A stretch of DNA of 64,000 nucleotides from Candidatus Latescibacterota bacterium (GCA_965215195.1 CBDCDC010000002.1:224001-288000), one strand, 5' to 3'. Counted from the first letter of the stretch, positions 1-11,050 are shown. The notes: generated from the letters alone by a model not told the origin. Numbers and translations: made by a program.

Positions 1-44
1 AAAACTGGCAGCGCTTTCTCGCGGACAGGGCCGCCCGGGCGTGA
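1..44 (+). CDS. 3' end of upstream gene, probably tryptophan synthase beta chain (partial)
   Basis: Frame from position 3 reads NWQRFLADRAARA* and ends in a GTGA overlap with the trpA start; identity inferred only from the usual trpB-trpA order. Confidence 0.4.
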   Translation, partial: NWQRFLADRAARA

Positions 45-817
45 ATCTGCAAGCCTATATCGCAGAGCGGCTCACCGAGCGCAAAGTTCTGCTGATGACG
101 CATCTGATCGCCGGCTTTCCCTCGCTGGAGGCCAACTGGCGGATGCTAAAGATCATGGCCGAGGTCGAGGTTGATTTGGTCGAATTGCAGATGCCCTTTA
201 GCGAGCCAATCGCCGACGGGCCGATTTTTGCGCGGGCGAACCAACAGGCCCTCGAAAGCGGCCTTACTCTCGACCAGTACTTCGACCTGATGCAGCGGGC
301 GAGCGCGGCGTTTCCCTTTCCGCATTTGATGATGGCCTACTACAACACCGCGTTCCGCTTGGGACACGGCCCGTTCTGCGGTCGCTTGGCAGCAAGCGGG
401 GCCTGCGGCTTTATCCTGCCCGACTTGCCGGTCGAAGAGTACGGCGACCTGTGGGCAGCAGGTGCGGAGTGCGAGCAAACGCCGATTTTGCTGATGACCC
501 CGACCAACACCGACCAGCGGCTGCACCAGATTGGTGCCCAAGCCCAAGGGTTTGTCTATGCGGTGGCGCGCAAGGGCGTAACCGGCCGCCAGACCGACTT
601 AGACGACGAACTCTATGGGTTTATCGCGCGCTGCCGCGAGGCGACCGATCTGCCGCTGGGGGTCGGCTTCGGCCTGCGCAGCCGGGAAGATTTGCGCCAG
701 CTACAAGGCCGGGCCGAAATCGGCATCGTCGGATCGGTGCTGTTGGAGGTTTGGGAACGGGAAGGGGAGACGGGCTACGCCGCCCTCTTGCGCGACTTGG
801 CCGCTGGCCGCGATTGA
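41..817 (+). CDS. trpA: Tryptophan synthase alpha chain
   Basis: ELQMPFSEPIADGP, ILPDLP, ARKGVTG and LGVGFG motifs; 258 aa. Confidence 0.95.
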   Translation: MNLQAYIAERLTERKVLLMTHLIAGFPSLEANWRMLKIMAEVEVDLVELQMPFSEPIADGPIFARANQQALESGLTLDQYFDLMQRASAAFPFPHLMMAYYNTAFRLGHGPFCGRLAASGACGFILPDLPVEEYGDLWAAGAECEQTPILLMTPTNTDQRLHQIGAQAQGFVYAVARKGVTGRQTDLDDELYGFIARCREATDLPLGVGFGLRSREDLRQLQGRAEIGIVGSVLLEVWEREGETGYAALLRDLAAGRD

Positions 818-848
818 AATGCTTGGGGGGTGGTTTGCACGGCCGCAG

Positions 849-1592
849 TCAGTCCATGTACAAACCCCCGTTGACGTCAATGGTCTCGCCGGTGATGTGC
901 CGCGCGTCGTCCGAAGCTAAGAAGAGCGCGCAGTTGGCTACGTCTTCGGGCTGGCCGGGGCAGCCGAGGGGGATAGAAGCCTTGAGCTGGTCGTGTTCCG
1001 GGGCAGCGGTCATGGCGGTGTCGATGACGCCGGGAGCAATGGCGTTGACGCGAATCTGGTGAGGGGCTAGGGCACGCGCTAGGCCAATGGTTAAGGTGAG
1101 GACGCCGGCTTTGGCGGCTGCATAGGGGGGGCCAGCGGCTAGGCCGCCCGTTTTGGCCGCTAGGGACGTCATGTTGATAATGACCCCCTCGCGGCGCGCC
1201 TTCATATGGGGGATGACCGCTTGAGCGCAGAGGAAGGGGCCTTTCATGTTGACATCGACGATGCGGTCCCAGTCTTCTTCGCTGCACGATTCAAAAGTGG
1301 TATAGACCAAATAGCCGGCGTTGTTGACAAGGATGTCGAGTTGGCCGAACTCGTCGAGCACTTGGGCGGTAGCGGCGCGGACAGCGGCCTTGGACGACAC
1401 GTCCATTGCCAATCCCAACGCGCCGATCTCGGCAGCCGTGGCGCGGGCGTCGTCCGGGTCGATATCGGCGATGGCCACGCGCGCACCTGCGCGGACAAAA
1501 CACTCGGCGATGGCCCGCCCAATGCCCCGGCCGGCCCCGGTGATCAACGCGGTCTTGTGCTGTAGTTTCCCCGTCATTGTGCATTTCTCCAT
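849..1592 (-). CDS. SDR family NAD(P)-dependent oxidoreductase (FabG-like); start may be 1577
   Basis: TGAGRGIG, NNAG, YAAAK, IRVNAIAPG and ITGETIDVNGG motifs. Confidence 0.93.
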   Translation of the reverse strand: MEKCTMTGKLQHKTALITGAGRGIGRAIAECFVRAGARVAIADIDPDDARATAAEIGALGLAMDVSSKAAVRAATAQVLDEFGQLDILVNNAGYLVYTTFESCSEEDWDRIVDVNMKGPFLCAQAVIPHMKARREGVIINMTSLAAKTGGLAAGPPYAAAKAGVLTLTIGLARALAPHQIRVNAIAPGVIDTAMTAAPEHDQLKASIPLGCPGQPEDVANCALFLASDDARHITGETIDVNGGLYMD

Positions 1593-1776
1593 TCGCTGTA
1601 CTAAGGGTCAAAAAATATACTATTTTGCGTGGCGGCCCAATGCACACGGGTGGTGGCTCGTGCTTGCTAAATTGGAAAAAATCTATAAGTATAAGGCCAC
1701 GAACGTTAGAGGGCGCGGCCCAAGGCGTTGAGCAATCCTTTTGTTAGGGCCTCTTAGGAATGGGGAGTTTTCAGTT

Positions 1777-3033
1777 ATGAGGAACGTCATTGGAGTCATC
1801 CTCGGGGGCGGGCAGGGTACGCGGCTCTTCCCGCTGACTCAGCTTCGCTCCAAGCCGGCCGTGCCGATTGGCGGTAAGTACCGCTTAATCGACATTCCCA
1901 TCAGCAATTGTCTGCATTCCGGGGTCAACCGCATCTTCGCCCTGACCCAATTCAATTCCGCTTCGCTCCACCGCCACATCAGCACGACGTATCGCTTTGA
2001 TTCCTTTTCCGATGGCTTTGTCGAGATCTTGGCTGCCGAGCAGACCCAAGACAGCGTCGCTTGGTACCAAGGAACGGCCGACGCCGTGCGCCGACAGCTC
2101 AGGCACTTGCTCTCGCGCCGCGCTGACCAAGTGCTAATCCTGTCGGGCGACCACCTCTATCGCATGGACTACCGCGCCTTTGTCGCCGAGCACCGAGCGC
2201 GAAGCGCGGACGTGTCGATTGCGGTCAAGCCGGTGACGCGGCAAGCTGCGCCGGCGCTGGGGATCGTGCAGGTCAATGCTCAAGGGCAGATCGTGGATTT
2301 TCGCGAGAAGCCGCAAGACGAGGCTGCGCTAGATGCTCTGCGGCTGCCGGCGGCCGACTCGGAGGCGTGCTATCTGGCCTCCATGGGCATCTACGTGTTT
2401 GAACCCCAGGTCTTGGTCAGCCTGCTGATGGGCAGCGACCAAGACGACTTCGGCAAGCACATCATCCCGAGCGCGATCCACAAGGTCGGGGTTTTTGCCC
2501 ACACCTTTGAAGGCTATTGGGAGGACATCGGGACCATTCGCTCTTTTTACGAGGCCAACTTGGCGCTGACCGATCGGCCGCCGCCGTTTGACTTTTATCG
2601 GGCCGACGCACCGATCTACACGCACGCGCGCTTCCTCGCCGGTACGCGGCTGGAGAATTGTCACATTGAGCGCGGGATCATCTGCGAAGGCTCTTCCATT
2701 CAGTCGGCCCGGATCGAGCGCTCGGTGATAGGAATTCGCTCGGTGATTGGCGCGAATTGCCGGATTGCCAATACCATCGTCATGGGCGCTGATTCGGAAG
2801 AATCGCCCGCCGATCGAGTGCGCAATGCCGCCCAAGGCACTCCAGATATAGGAATTGGCGCGAACTCCGCGATCACCGGGGCGATCATCGACAAAAATGC
2901 GCGCATCGGCGAGGGTGTTTGCATCACCAACAAGGACCGCGGCGTTGAAGCCGATGAGACAAACTACTACATCCGCGACGGGATCGTGGTCGTGCCCAAG
3001 GACGCGGTGATTCCGTCGGGCACTGTGGTGTAA
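1777..3033 (+). CDS. glgC: Glucose-1-phosphate adenylyltransferase
   Basis: [53 protein letters not shown] and YWEDIGT; ATG at 1777. Confidence 0.96.
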   Translation: MRNVIGVILGGGQGTRLFPLTQLRSKPAVPIGGKYRLIDIPISNCLHSGVNRIFALTQFNSASLHRHISTTYRFDSFSDGFVEILAAEQTQDSVAWYQGTADAVRRQLRHLLSRRADQVLILSGDHLYRMDYRAFVAEHRARSADVSIAVKPVTRQAAPALGIVQVNAQGQIVDFREKPQDEAALDALRLPAADSEACYLASMGIYVFEPQVLVSLLMGSDQDDFGKHIIPSAIHKVGVFAHTFEGYWEDIGTIRSFYEANLALTDRPPPFDFYRADAPIYTHARFLAGTRLENCHIERGIICEGSSIQSARIERSVIGIRSVIGANCRIANTIVMGADSEESPADRVRNAAQGTPDIGIGANSAITGAIIDKNARIGEGVCITNKDRGVEADETNYYIRDGIVVVPKDAVIPSGTVV

Positions 3034-3047
3034 AGAAGTGCGCGGGC

Positions 3048-3095
3048 GTACAAAAAGAGGGACGGGTGCAAAACCCGTCCCTCTTTCTTTTGTAC
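3048..3095. terminator. Bidirectional rho-independent terminator
   Basis: Stem aaagagggacgggt / acccgtccctcttt with A- and T-rich flanks, between convergent genes. Confidence 0.85.
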
Positions 3096-3099
3096 TGGG

Positions 3100-3251
3100 C
3101 TTAGTACCCGACCCCTAAAGTAGGCGACCCTTACTTTGAGTACGCCTTTTCTGCGGTTTCCGCTGGGTGCGGGATCGCGGGCGTCCCGCCCTCGCCGAGG
3201 GCAAGATGCCCTCGATCCTTGGCCGGCTGAGGGCTGGTGTCGTGTAGTAAG
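3100..3251 (-). mobile_element. MITE family A, 152 bp
   Basis: Imperfect 16-bp TIRs (cttagtacccgacccc ... ggtgtcgtgtagtaag), flanking 8-bp direct repeat gtactggg; reverse complement of the copies at 8735 and 11241. Confidence 0.88.
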
Positions 3252-3267
3252 GTACTGGGAGAAAGCC

Positions 3268-4914
3268 CTATTTGAGCAAGGTCATCTTGCGGTGCAGCAC
3301 TTGGTCGCCAGCGCGGAGGCGGTAGAAGTACGTACCGGCGCTGAGGTCCGACGCATCGACGACGACCGAGTAGGTGCCGGCCATGCGCCATCCTTCTGAA
3401 AGCATCGCCACCTGTTGGCCGAGAGCATTGAAGAGGATCAGCTCGACGTGGCCAGCGGCCGGAATGGCGTAGGCAATGGTCGTGCTGGGGTTGAAGGGGT
3501 TGGGGTAGTTTTGATTCAGGGTGTAAGCATTGGGTACGGCCGCCGACACCGCGGACTCCTCGGCGACGAAGGTCGCTATCTCATTGGGCGAGATGCTGGC
3601 CGCTGCGAGAAAGGTCCAGCCCGAGGTCCACAATTCGCTGCCAAAGGCTCCGACATAGTCAACCTCGGTGTAGAAGCTGTCGTCGGGAATAGTGCCACCG
3701 CCGCCCCAAGCTGGGCTGCCTGTTTGCGGGCGCGGGTCCAGCCCCAAATTTTGGCTGCGGGAAATGCCGCTGAGCAGCGGGTCGACGATTTGGTTGCCAT
3801 TGGCGGCGAGGTGGTCGGCCGCGAACGGATCCGGGGCAATGGCGGCTAGATCGTCGCCGGCACCAAAGCCCCACCAGATGTTGTGAGCCAAGACGAGGTC
3901 GCCAGCTTCCAAGCGGGCGCGGCTGTCCTCACCGGACTCTAAATCCTCGATGTCAACGCCTTCGCCGGCAAAGTCGGTAAAGATGCTGTTGTGGTATTGG
4001 CCGCCAGCATTGTCGCGAATTTTGAGCACCACGTCGTTGTCGCCGTTGGTGGAAAAGGCCCCGGAGCCGATGTACGTGGCGTTGTAGATGACCGGAATGG
4101 CGTAGGGCGTACCGTCCTCGGGCGTGGTGCCGCCGTCGTGCTCACCCGCACGGTTGCCGGACTCGTCGCCTTGGATTGCGAACCAGAACTGGCCTTTGCC
4201 GCGGAAGCCTTCGTCGTAGTCAAAGGCGTCGTCGCCGTTGAAAGCCGAAACGAGGTACTTGGTGTTGACCGTGCCGCCAAACCACTCAAAGCCGTCGTCT
4301 TGGTTGTTGTACACCTCGACGTATTCGATGACCGTGCCGCTGCCCACGCCGCCCATGGTCAGGCCGTTGATCTCATTGCCCGCGCCAATGTCGGTGCCGC
4401 CGTGGCGGATGGACGCGTAGCGGAAGACGCCGGAGTTGTCGCCATCGTCGTCGCCGCCGTAGATGCCGCGCGGCTCGGTGGTGGGAATGCCCTCAATGGG
4501 GGTTTCGCCCGGCTGGGAGTTGAGGCTGGCGCGGCCGAGGATGATGACGCCGCCCCACAGGCCGCGGGCGTTGAGGGGCAGGTCGTTGGGGTTGCTGACG
4601 TCGTCGGCTTCAGCCGTGAAAATGATCGGCTTATCCGCAGTGCCAGCGGCAAAAATTTTGCCGCCGCGAGCCACGACGAGGGCGCTGGCGTTTTCGCCTT
4701 GTCCCGGCTTGCCCTTGACGACCGTGCCCGGCTGAATCGTCAGGGAGGAGCCCTCACCGACAAAAACTAGGCCGTTGAGTACGTACTCGTTGTCCGCGGT
4801 CCATTCCACATTGGCACCGGCCGGAATATCCGCGTCGGTGACGTCGATGGTGGCCGTCCAAGCGGCGGCCGGCAGCAGCGCGATGGCTGCCGCGAACATG
4901 GTCTTGCGAAGCAT
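3268..4914 (-). CDS. Secreted acidic beta-helix-like protein with T9SS type A-like/FlgD-like C-terminal domain
   Basis: Signal peptide; GLWGGVIILG, DDGDNSGVFRY, NEINGLT, DDGFEWFGG and DDAFDYDEG motifs; C-terminal LNQNYPNPFNPST...GTYFYRL...KMTLLK. Confidence 0.85.
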   Translation of the reverse strand: MLRKTMFAAAIALLPAAAWTATIDVTDADIPAGANVEWTADNEYVLNGLVFVGEGSSLTIQPGTVVKGKPGQGENASALVVARGGKIFAAGTADKPIIFTAEADDVSNPNDLPLNARGLWGGVIILGRASLNSQPGETPIEGIPTTEPRGIYGGDDDGDNSGVFRYASIRHGGTDIGAGNEINGLTMGGVGSGTVIEYVEVYNNQDDGFEWFGGTVNTKYLVSAFNGDDAFDYDEGFRGKGQFWFAIQGDESGNRAGEHDGGTTPEDGTPYAIPVIYNATYIGSGAFSTNGDNDVVLKIRDNAGGQYHNSIFTDFAGEGVDIEDLESGEDSRARLEAGDLVLAHNIWWGFGAGDDLAAIAPDPFAADHLAANGNQIVDPLLSGISRSQNLGLDPRPQTGSPAWGGGGTIPDDSFYTEVDYVGAFGSELWTSGWTFLAAASISPNEIATFVAEESAVSAAVPNAYTLNQNYPNPFNPSTTIAYAIPAAGHVELILFNALGQQVAMLSEGWRMAGTYSVVVDASDLSAGTYFYRLRAGDQVLHRKMTLLK

Positions 4915-4979
4915 TTTTGCCTCCTAATGAAGGGGGATTATGGGAACCACTCTGTCAGCAAGAGACAATACAGCGAGGT

Positions 4980-5030
4980 TGTAACAAGGCTGCGTCAGCT
5001 ATGTTAATAGTGTGTTACATAACTGACGTT
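4980..5030. promoter_or_regulatory. Pho-box-like direct repeats in the divergent promoter
   Basis: TG-starting hexamers at 11-bp period: tgtaac 4980, tgcgtc 4991, tgttaa 5002, tgttac 5013; read as GTAACA/TTAACA on the minus strand, matching the box upstream of the pst operon. Confidence 0.55.
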
Positions 5031-5077
5031 GCGCACCGTGCGTAACATCACCTTTATTTTGTAAAAGGAGGCAAACA

Positions 5078-6730
5078 ATGCCGTTATGGAAGCGGATAAA
5101 CGCCCTGCTGGTCGTCGTTTTAGGCGTAGTGGCCTGTTCCGATCCGCCGGTCGCGCCGGCACCGGCGGGTAAAGCCTTGGGGCAGGCCGAGGCCGATAGT
5201 ACGCAGTCGGACGCTGCGACCGACAGCCCCGCACCAGCCATCGTCTCGTTTGCCGACGCCAACTTGGAGCTTGCGGTGCGACGGACGCTGAACAAGCCCG
5301 AAGGCCCGCTGACCGCCGACGATCTGGCGTCCCTGACGAAGCTCGACGTAGAATGGCAAGACGTCTCAGGCATTGAGAGCTTGGCCGGCCTCGAACACGC
5401 GACAGCGCTGGACACGCTGAACCTGTGGGGCAACCAGATTGTGGATTTGAGTCCGTTGGCAGGGTTGACCCAGCTAACTTACCTCGACTTAGGGCACAAT
5501 CAGGTGGCGGATGTGGGTGCGTTGGCGGGCTTGACCAACTTGAAATGGCTGAGTCTGTGGGGCAACGCGGTGGCGAATTTAAGTCCGTTGGCAGGCTTGA
5601 CGAAGCTGACCTATCTGAACCTGTGGGGCAACCAGATTGAAGCGGTGAGTGCGTTGGCGGAGTTGACCAAGCTGACCTCGCTGAACTTGGGGCACAATCA
5701 GGTGGCGGATGTGCGGCCGTTGGATGATCTGACCCGGCTGGACTGGCTGGGCTTGGTGGACAATCCCATTCGCCAAGGGGACCTCGCCGAACAGATTCCC
5801 ACCTTGATAGAGCAGGACGTCACGGTCTCCGTCGTCCTGCCGAACCCACAACCACCCCCGGCCCCGGCAGCAGACCCGGCCCCGGCTCCACCCCCGGCCC
5901 CGGTAGTCGTCTCGTTCGCCGATGCCAACTTAGAGGATGCGGTGCGGGGGCAACTGGGTAAACCGGAAGGCGCACTTACATCCGCGGATCTGGCGTCCCT
6001 AACGACGCTTGGAGCAGCCAGGCTAAGCATTGAGAGCTTGGCCGGCCTCGAACACGCGACGGCACTAGTTGAGCTGGACCTGTCCGAAAACGCGGCTCTT
6101 GCGGATTTGAGTCCGTTGGCAGGCCTGACCAACTTGCAAAAGCTGTATCTGGCTTCCACGGCCATTGGGGATGCGGGTGTGGTTTCGTTGTCGGGCCTGA
6201 CCAACTTGGAATTGCTGCGTCTGAGTAGCACGGCCATTGGGGATGCGGGTGTGGTTTCGTTGTCGGGCCTGACCAACTTGCAAACGCTGTATCTGAGTAG
6301 CACGTCCATTGGGGATGCGGGGTTGGCTTCGTTGTCGAGCCTGACCAACTTGACATATCTGTATCTGAGTAGCACGTCCATTACGGATGCGGGGTTGGCT
6401 TCGTTGTCGAGCCTGACCAAGTTGCAAAGGCTGCGTCTGAGTAGCACGTCCATTACGGATGCGGGGTTGGCTTCGTTGTCAAGCCTGACCAACCTGACAT
6501 ATCTGCATCTGAATAACACGTCCATTGGGGATGCGGGGGTGGTTTCGTTGTCGAGCCTGACCAACCTGAAATGGCTGTATCTGAGTGACACGTCCATTAC
6601 GGATGTGAGTCCGTTGCTCAGCCTGACCAACTTGCAAAAGCTGTGGCTGCAAGGCACTACCCTCAGTGCCGCGTCAATCAACACACACATCCCCGCCCTT
6701 GAAACAGCAGGCGTTACGATCTACCGATAA
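5078..6730 (+). CDS. LRR lipoprotein, array copy 1 (internalin-like domain, Pro linker, variable LRR domain with 8 distal repeats)
   Basis: aaggagg RBS; lipobox-like VVAC; SFADANLE cap twice; 22-aa then 24-aa LRRs. Confidence 0.92.
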   Translation: MPLWKRINALLVVVLGVVACSDPPVAPAPAGKALGQAEADSTQSDAATDSPAPAIVSFADANLELAVRRTLNKPEGPLTADDLASLTKLDVEWQDVSGIESLAGLEHATALDTLNLWGNQIVDLSPLAGLTQLTYLDLGHNQVADVGALAGLTNLKWLSLWGNAVANLSPLAGLTKLTYLNLWGNQIEAVSALAELTKLTSLNLGHNQVADVRPLDDLTRLDWLGLVDNPIRQGDLAEQIPTLIEQDVTVSVVLPNPQPPPAPAADPAPAPPPAPVVVSFADANLEDAVRGQLGKPEGALTSADLASLTTLGAARLSIESLAGLEHATALVELDLSENAALADLSPLAGLTNLQKLYLASTAIGDAGVVSLSGLTNLELLRLSSTAIGDAGVVSLSGLTNLQTLYLSSTSIGDAGLASLSSLTNLTYLYLSSTSITDAGLASLSSLTKLQRLRLSSTSITDAGLASLSSLTNLTYLHLNNTSIGDAGVVSLSSLTNLKWLYLSDTSITDVSPLLSLTNLQKLWLQGTTLSAASINTHIPALETAGVTIYR

Positions 6731-6903
6731 TGAAAACCTTCATTCTTGTAGTAGGGGTGTTTCATGTCGCTGGACAATCCCGCTGAGAAGCCCATCGGGT
6801 GAGCGACGAACACAAATGGATGGTTCATATCGGTAAAAGGAATGGGCTCAATTTGACACCCCTGTTCTTGGTTCCTCAAACCTTTTATAGAAGGAGGCAA
6901 ACA

Positions 6904-8340
6904 ATGCTGTTATGGAAGCGAGCAAACGCCCTGCTAGTCGTCGTTTTAGGCGTGGTGGCCTGTTCCGATCCGCCGGTCGCGCCGGAGCCGGCGGGCAAAG
7001 CCCTCGGGCAGGCCGAGGCCGATAGCACGCCGTCGGACGCTGCAACCGACAGCCCCACGCCAGCCGTCGTCTCGTTTGCCGATGCCAACTTAGAGCGTGC
7101 GGTGCGGCGGACGCTGAACAAGCCCGAAGGCCCGCTGACCGCCGACGATCTGGCGTCCCTGACGAAGCTCGACGTAGAATGGCAAGACGTCTCAGGCATT
7201 GAGAGCTTGGCCGGCCTCGAACACGCGACAGCGCTGGACACGCTGAACCTGTGGGGCAACCAGATTGCGGATTTGAGTCCGTTGGCAGGCTTGACCAGCC
7301 TGACCCACCTGAACTTAGGGCACAATCAGGTGGCGGATGTGGGTGCGTTGGCGGGGTTGACCAATTTGAAATGGCTGAGTCTGTGGGGCAACGAAGTGGC
7401 GGACGTGAGTGCGTTGTCGGGGTTGACAAAGCTGACTTACCTGAGTCTGTGGGGCAACCAGATTGAAGCGGTGAGTGCGTTGGCGGGCTTGACGAAGCTG
7501 ACCTCGCTGGATTTGGGGCACAATCAGGTGGCGGATGTGCGGCCGTTGGATAGCCTGACCCGGCTGGACTGGCTGGGCTTGGTGGACAATCTCATTCGCC
7601 AACCGGACCTCGCCGAACAGGTGCCCACCTTGATAGAGCAGGACGTCAAGATTTCCGTCGTCCTGCCGAACCCGCAACCACCCCCGGCCCCGGCTCCACC
7701 CCCGACTCCGGCTCCACCCCCGGCCCCGGTAGTCGTCTCGTTCGCCGACGCCAACTTAGAGGGTGCGGTGCGGCAGGCGCTGGGTAAACCGGAAGGCGAA
7801 CTTACATCCGCGGATCTGGCGTCCCTAACGCGGCTTGACGCAGACGATCTAAACATTGAGAGCTTGGCCGGCCTCGAACACGCGACGGCACTGAGCTATC
7901 TGGCTCTGATTGGCAACCCGATTTCGGATGTGAGTCCGTTGGCGAGCCTGACCAAGTTGGAAGAGCTGGATCTGAATGGCACGTCCATTGGGGATGTGGG
8001 GGTGGCTTCGCTGTCGAGCCTGACCAACCTGACATTTCTGGATCTGGGTGGCACGTCCATTGGGGATGCGGGGGTGGCTGAGTTGACGAGCCTGACCAAG
8101 TTGGAAGAGCTGAATCTGCATAGCACGTCCATTGGGGATGCGGGGGTGGCTTCGCTGTCGAGCCTGACCAAGTTGGAAGATCTGGGTCTGAGTAACACGT
8201 CCATTACGGATGTGAGTCCGTTGCTCAGTCTGACCAACTTGCAATGGCTGTGGCTGAGGCGCGTTACCACCCTCAGTGCCGCGTCAATCAACACACACAT
8301 CCCCGCCCTTGAAGCAGCAGGCGTTACGGTCCAGCGATAA
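6904..8340 (+). CDS. LRR lipoprotein, array copy 2 (5 distal repeats)
   Basis: Paralog of copy 1; ATG at 6904 after aaggagg. Confidence 0.92.
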   Translation: MLLWKRANALLVVVLGVVACSDPPVAPEPAGKALGQAEADSTPSDAATDSPTPAVVSFADANLERAVRRTLNKPEGPLTADDLASLTKLDVEWQDVSGIESLAGLEHATALDTLNLWGNQIADLSPLAGLTSLTHLNLGHNQVADVGALAGLTNLKWLSLWGNEVADVSALSGLTKLTYLSLWGNQIEAVSALAGLTKLTSLDLGHNQVADVRPLDSLTRLDWLGLVDNLIRQPDLAEQVPTLIEQDVKISVVLPNPQPPPAPAPPPTPAPPPAPVVVSFADANLEGAVRQALGKPEGELTSADLASLTRLDADDLNIESLAGLEHATALSYLALIGNPISDVSPLASLTKLEELDLNGTSIGDVGVASLSSLTNLTFLDLGGTSIGDAGVAELTSLTKLEELNLHSTSIGDAGVASLSSLTKLEDLGLSNTSITDVSPLLSLTNLQWLWLRRVTTLSAASINTHIPALEAAGVTVQR

Positions 8341-8439
8341 TGAAAACCCTCATTCTTGTAGTAGGGGTGTTTCATGTCTGTGGACGATTCCGCTGAGAAG
8401 CCCATCGGGTGATCGACGAACACAAACGGATGGTTCATA

Positions 8440-8540
8440 TAGCAATCCTACCTCATTCACAAGGTGATCCGCAGGTGGACGCAGATAGGATGCCTAAGAC
8501 GATCCACCGCTCGAATCATTCAAATCATTCTGGATTGCTA
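8440..8540. mobile_element. MITE family C, 101 bp, IS630-like
   Basis: TIRs tagcaatcc / ggattgcta flanked by a TA duplication; empty site ggttcaTAtc present in sister spacers at ~6825 and ~17432. Confidence 0.85.
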
Positions 8541-8544
8541 TATC

Positions 8545-9340
8545 TGCAAAAAGAATGGGCTCAATAGACACCCCTCTTGCGGCGGCTGGGCGGGTCGGTG
8601 GGTCGGGGTCCTGTTGGCTTGGTCCGACGCGCCCCCCGCCGGTCCGTCCCCGCCGCCCGTGTAATCCACTACCGAGTAAGGGGTCGTGGGTCCCTTTTAA
8701 TTTTTTGGGACGTTTTGCCTTTTTATTTGGGGACCTTACTACACGACACCAGCCCTCAGCCTGCCAAGGATCGCGGGCATCTTGCCTTCGTCGAGGGCGG
8801 GACGCCCTCGATCCCGGACACCTCGGAAACAGCAGAAAATGCGTACTCAAAGTAAGTGTCGCCTACTTTAGGTGTCGTGTACTAAGGTCGGGGACTGAAA
8901 TTTTCAACCATCCCTTGATTTATATTCACGCTTACTTATGATTATTAAAGGCCGTGAGAGTTCGTATTTGTCTTTTACGCTCATCGTAAAGCGCGTGGTG
9001 TCCCGAATATCCTACTGATTCTCAACTTGTTAAAAAACATTAACGTACCCTCCTCCGCCCGCAAAATTTCTCTCGAGCGCGTAGCGCTCAATTCTCTACT
9101 GCTCAAGCACCGGCGATGGCTCCCACGCAGCCGTTTGGCGATCCGTCCCAACCCTCGCCGCCTGCTGCCCGTGCGGCCTTCGTCTGGCCGCCGTGACCGT
9201 CGTCTGCTATGGCGGCCGGTTCCTGCACCGGAACACCCGTATCCTAGTATGATCGAGATGTGATACAGGTGACCGTCGTCTGCCATGGCGGCCGGTTCCT
9301 GTTCCTGATTCCTCAAACCGTTTATAGAAGGAGACAAACA
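8545..9340 (+). repeat. Long intergenic module of the LRR array, copy a
   Basis: Homologous to 11051-11870 and 17643-18171; GC-rich hairpins plus an AT-rich core. Confidence 0.85.
8735..8886 (+). mobile_element. MITE family A, 152 bp
   Basis: TIRs cttactacacgacacc / ggtgtcgtgtactaag (15/16 match); degenerate 9-bp flanks tttggggac / gtcggggac; empty site at ~17822-17830. Confidence 0.88.
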
Positions 9341-10750
9341 ATGCTGTTATGGAAGCGAATAAACGCCCTGCTGGTCGTCGTTTTAGGCGTGGTGGCCTGT
9401 TCGGACCCGCCGGTGGCACCGACACCGGCGGGCAAAGCCCTCGGGCAGGCCGAGGCCGATAGTACGCAGTCGGACGCTGCAACCGACAGCCCCGCGCCAG
9501 CCGTCGTCTCGTTTGCCGATGCCAACTTGGAGCTTGCGGTGCGGCGGACGTTGAACAAACTCGAAGGCCGGCTGACCGCCGACGATCTGGCGTCCCTGAC
9601 GCGGCTCGACGTAGAGCGGCAAGACGTCTCAGGCGTTGAGAGCTTGGCCGGCCTCGAACACTGTACGGCACTGGACACGCTGAGTCTGTGGGGCAACCAG
9701 ATTGCGGATTTGAGTCCGTTGGCAGGCTTGACCCAGCTAAGCTATCTGAACCTCGGGAATAATCAGGTGGCGGATGTGGGTGCGTTGGCGGGGTTGACCA
9801 ACTTGCAGTGGCTGAGTCTGTGGGGCAACGAAGTGGCGGATCTGAGTCCGTTGGCAGGCTTAACCCAGCTAACTTACCTGAACCTGTGGGGCAATGCGAT
9901 TGAAGCGGTGAGTGCGTTGGCGGAGTTAACGAAGCTGACCTCGCTGGAGTTGGGGCACAACGCGGTGGTGGATGTGGGTCCGTTGGATGGTCTGACCCGG
10001 CTGGACTGGCTGGGCTTGTTGGACAATCCCATTCGCCAAGGGGACCTCGCCGAACAGGTGCCCACCTTGATAGAGCAGGGCGTCAAGATCTCCGTCGTTC
10101 TACCGAACCCACAATCACCGGCTCCACCCCCGGCCCCGGTAGTCGTCTCGTTCGCCGACGCCAATCTGGAGGATGCGGTGCGGCAGGCGCTGGGGCAACC
10201 GGAAGGCGAACTTACCTCCGCGGATCTGGCGTCCCTAACGCGGCTTGAAGCAAGCAATCTAAGCATTCAGAGCTTGGCCGGCCTCGAACACGCGACGGCA
10301 CTGATCTATCTGGAGCTGTCTGTCAACCGGATTTCGGATGTGAGTCCGTTGCTCAGCCTGACCAACTTGGAAACGCTGGATCTGGGTAGCACGGCCATTA
10401 CGGATGCGGGGGTGGCTTCGTTGACGCGCCTGACCAACTTGAAATCGCTGGATCTGGTTGACACGGACATTGGGGATGCGGGTGTGGCTTCGCTGTCGCG
10501 CCTGACCAACTTGGAAACGCTGATTCTGGCTTTCACGGACATTGGGGATGCGGGTGTGGCTTCGTTGACGCGCCTGACCAACTTGGAAACGCTGAGTCTG
10601 ACTTCCACGGACATTACGGATGTGAGTCCGTTGCTCAGCCTGACCAAGTTGACAGATCTGTATCTGAGGGACGTTACTACCCTCAGTGCCGCGTCAATCA
10701 ACACACACATCCCCGCCCTCAAAGCAGCAGGCGTTACGGTCACCCAATAA
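9341..10750 (+). CDS. LRR lipoprotein, array copy 3 (5 distal repeats)
   Basis: Paralog; ATG at 9341 after aaggag. Confidence 0.92.
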   Translation: MLLWKRINALLVVVLGVVACSDPPVAPTPAGKALGQAEADSTQSDAATDSPAPAVVSFADANLELAVRRTLNKLEGRLTADDLASLTRLDVERQDVSGVESLAGLEHCTALDTLSLWGNQIADLSPLAGLTQLSYLNLGNNQVADVGALAGLTNLQWLSLWGNEVADLSPLAGLTQLTYLNLWGNAIEAVSALAELTKLTSLELGHNAVVDVGPLDGLTRLDWLGLLDNPIRQGDLAEQVPTLIEQGVKISVVLPNPQSPAPPPAPVVVSFADANLEDAVRQALGQPEGELTSADLASLTRLEASNLSIQSLAGLEHATALIYLELSVNRISDVSPLLSLTNLETLDLGSTAITDAGVASLTRLTNLKSLDLVDTDIGDAGVASLSRLTNLETLILAFTDIGDAGVASLTRLTNLETLSLTSTDITDVSPLLSLTKLTDLYLRDVTTLSAASINTHIPALKAAGVTVTQ

Positions 10751-10822
10751 TGTCTTGTAGTAGAGGTGTTTCATGTCGCTGGACGAAGAAGCCCATCGGG
10801 TGATATACGAACACAATCTGTA

Positions 10823-11050
10823 ACTGATGTTCCGCATCCCCTGCCTTGGCAGGGGCAGGCTCTTATGCCGCGTCTGCTGCTTGCGGCCGCCGGTCGGGTG
10901 TCATTGCCGCGCTTGGCCGGACAAGCGGGCTTCGGCGTTGAGGGCCGTTGAAACGTGAAGTAGGCAGGACGGTAGGGCATAACGATCGTTATGCCCTACT
11001 TTGCTAGATGCGCAAGGAGCACCAACGCCTGAATGGCGCGTAACATCAGT
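10823..11050 (+). mobile_element. MITE family B, 228 bp
   Basis: TIRs actgatgttccgc / gcgtaacatcagt; 5-bp flanks ctgta / ctgca; absent at the homologous site near 8543. Confidence 0.8.

Noticed and set aside
8361-8437. aggggtg...gctgagaagccc resembling the 5' half of a TPP riboswitch
   Set aside because: The 3' half of the TPP aptamer is missing and no thiamine gene is nearby
9193-9301. 33-bp direct repeat with a 43-bp spacer (also at 11723-11831), resembling a mini-CRISPR
   Set aside because: Only two repeats, the spacer is nearly identical in both loci, and there are no cas genes; explained by local duplication inside the repeated spacer
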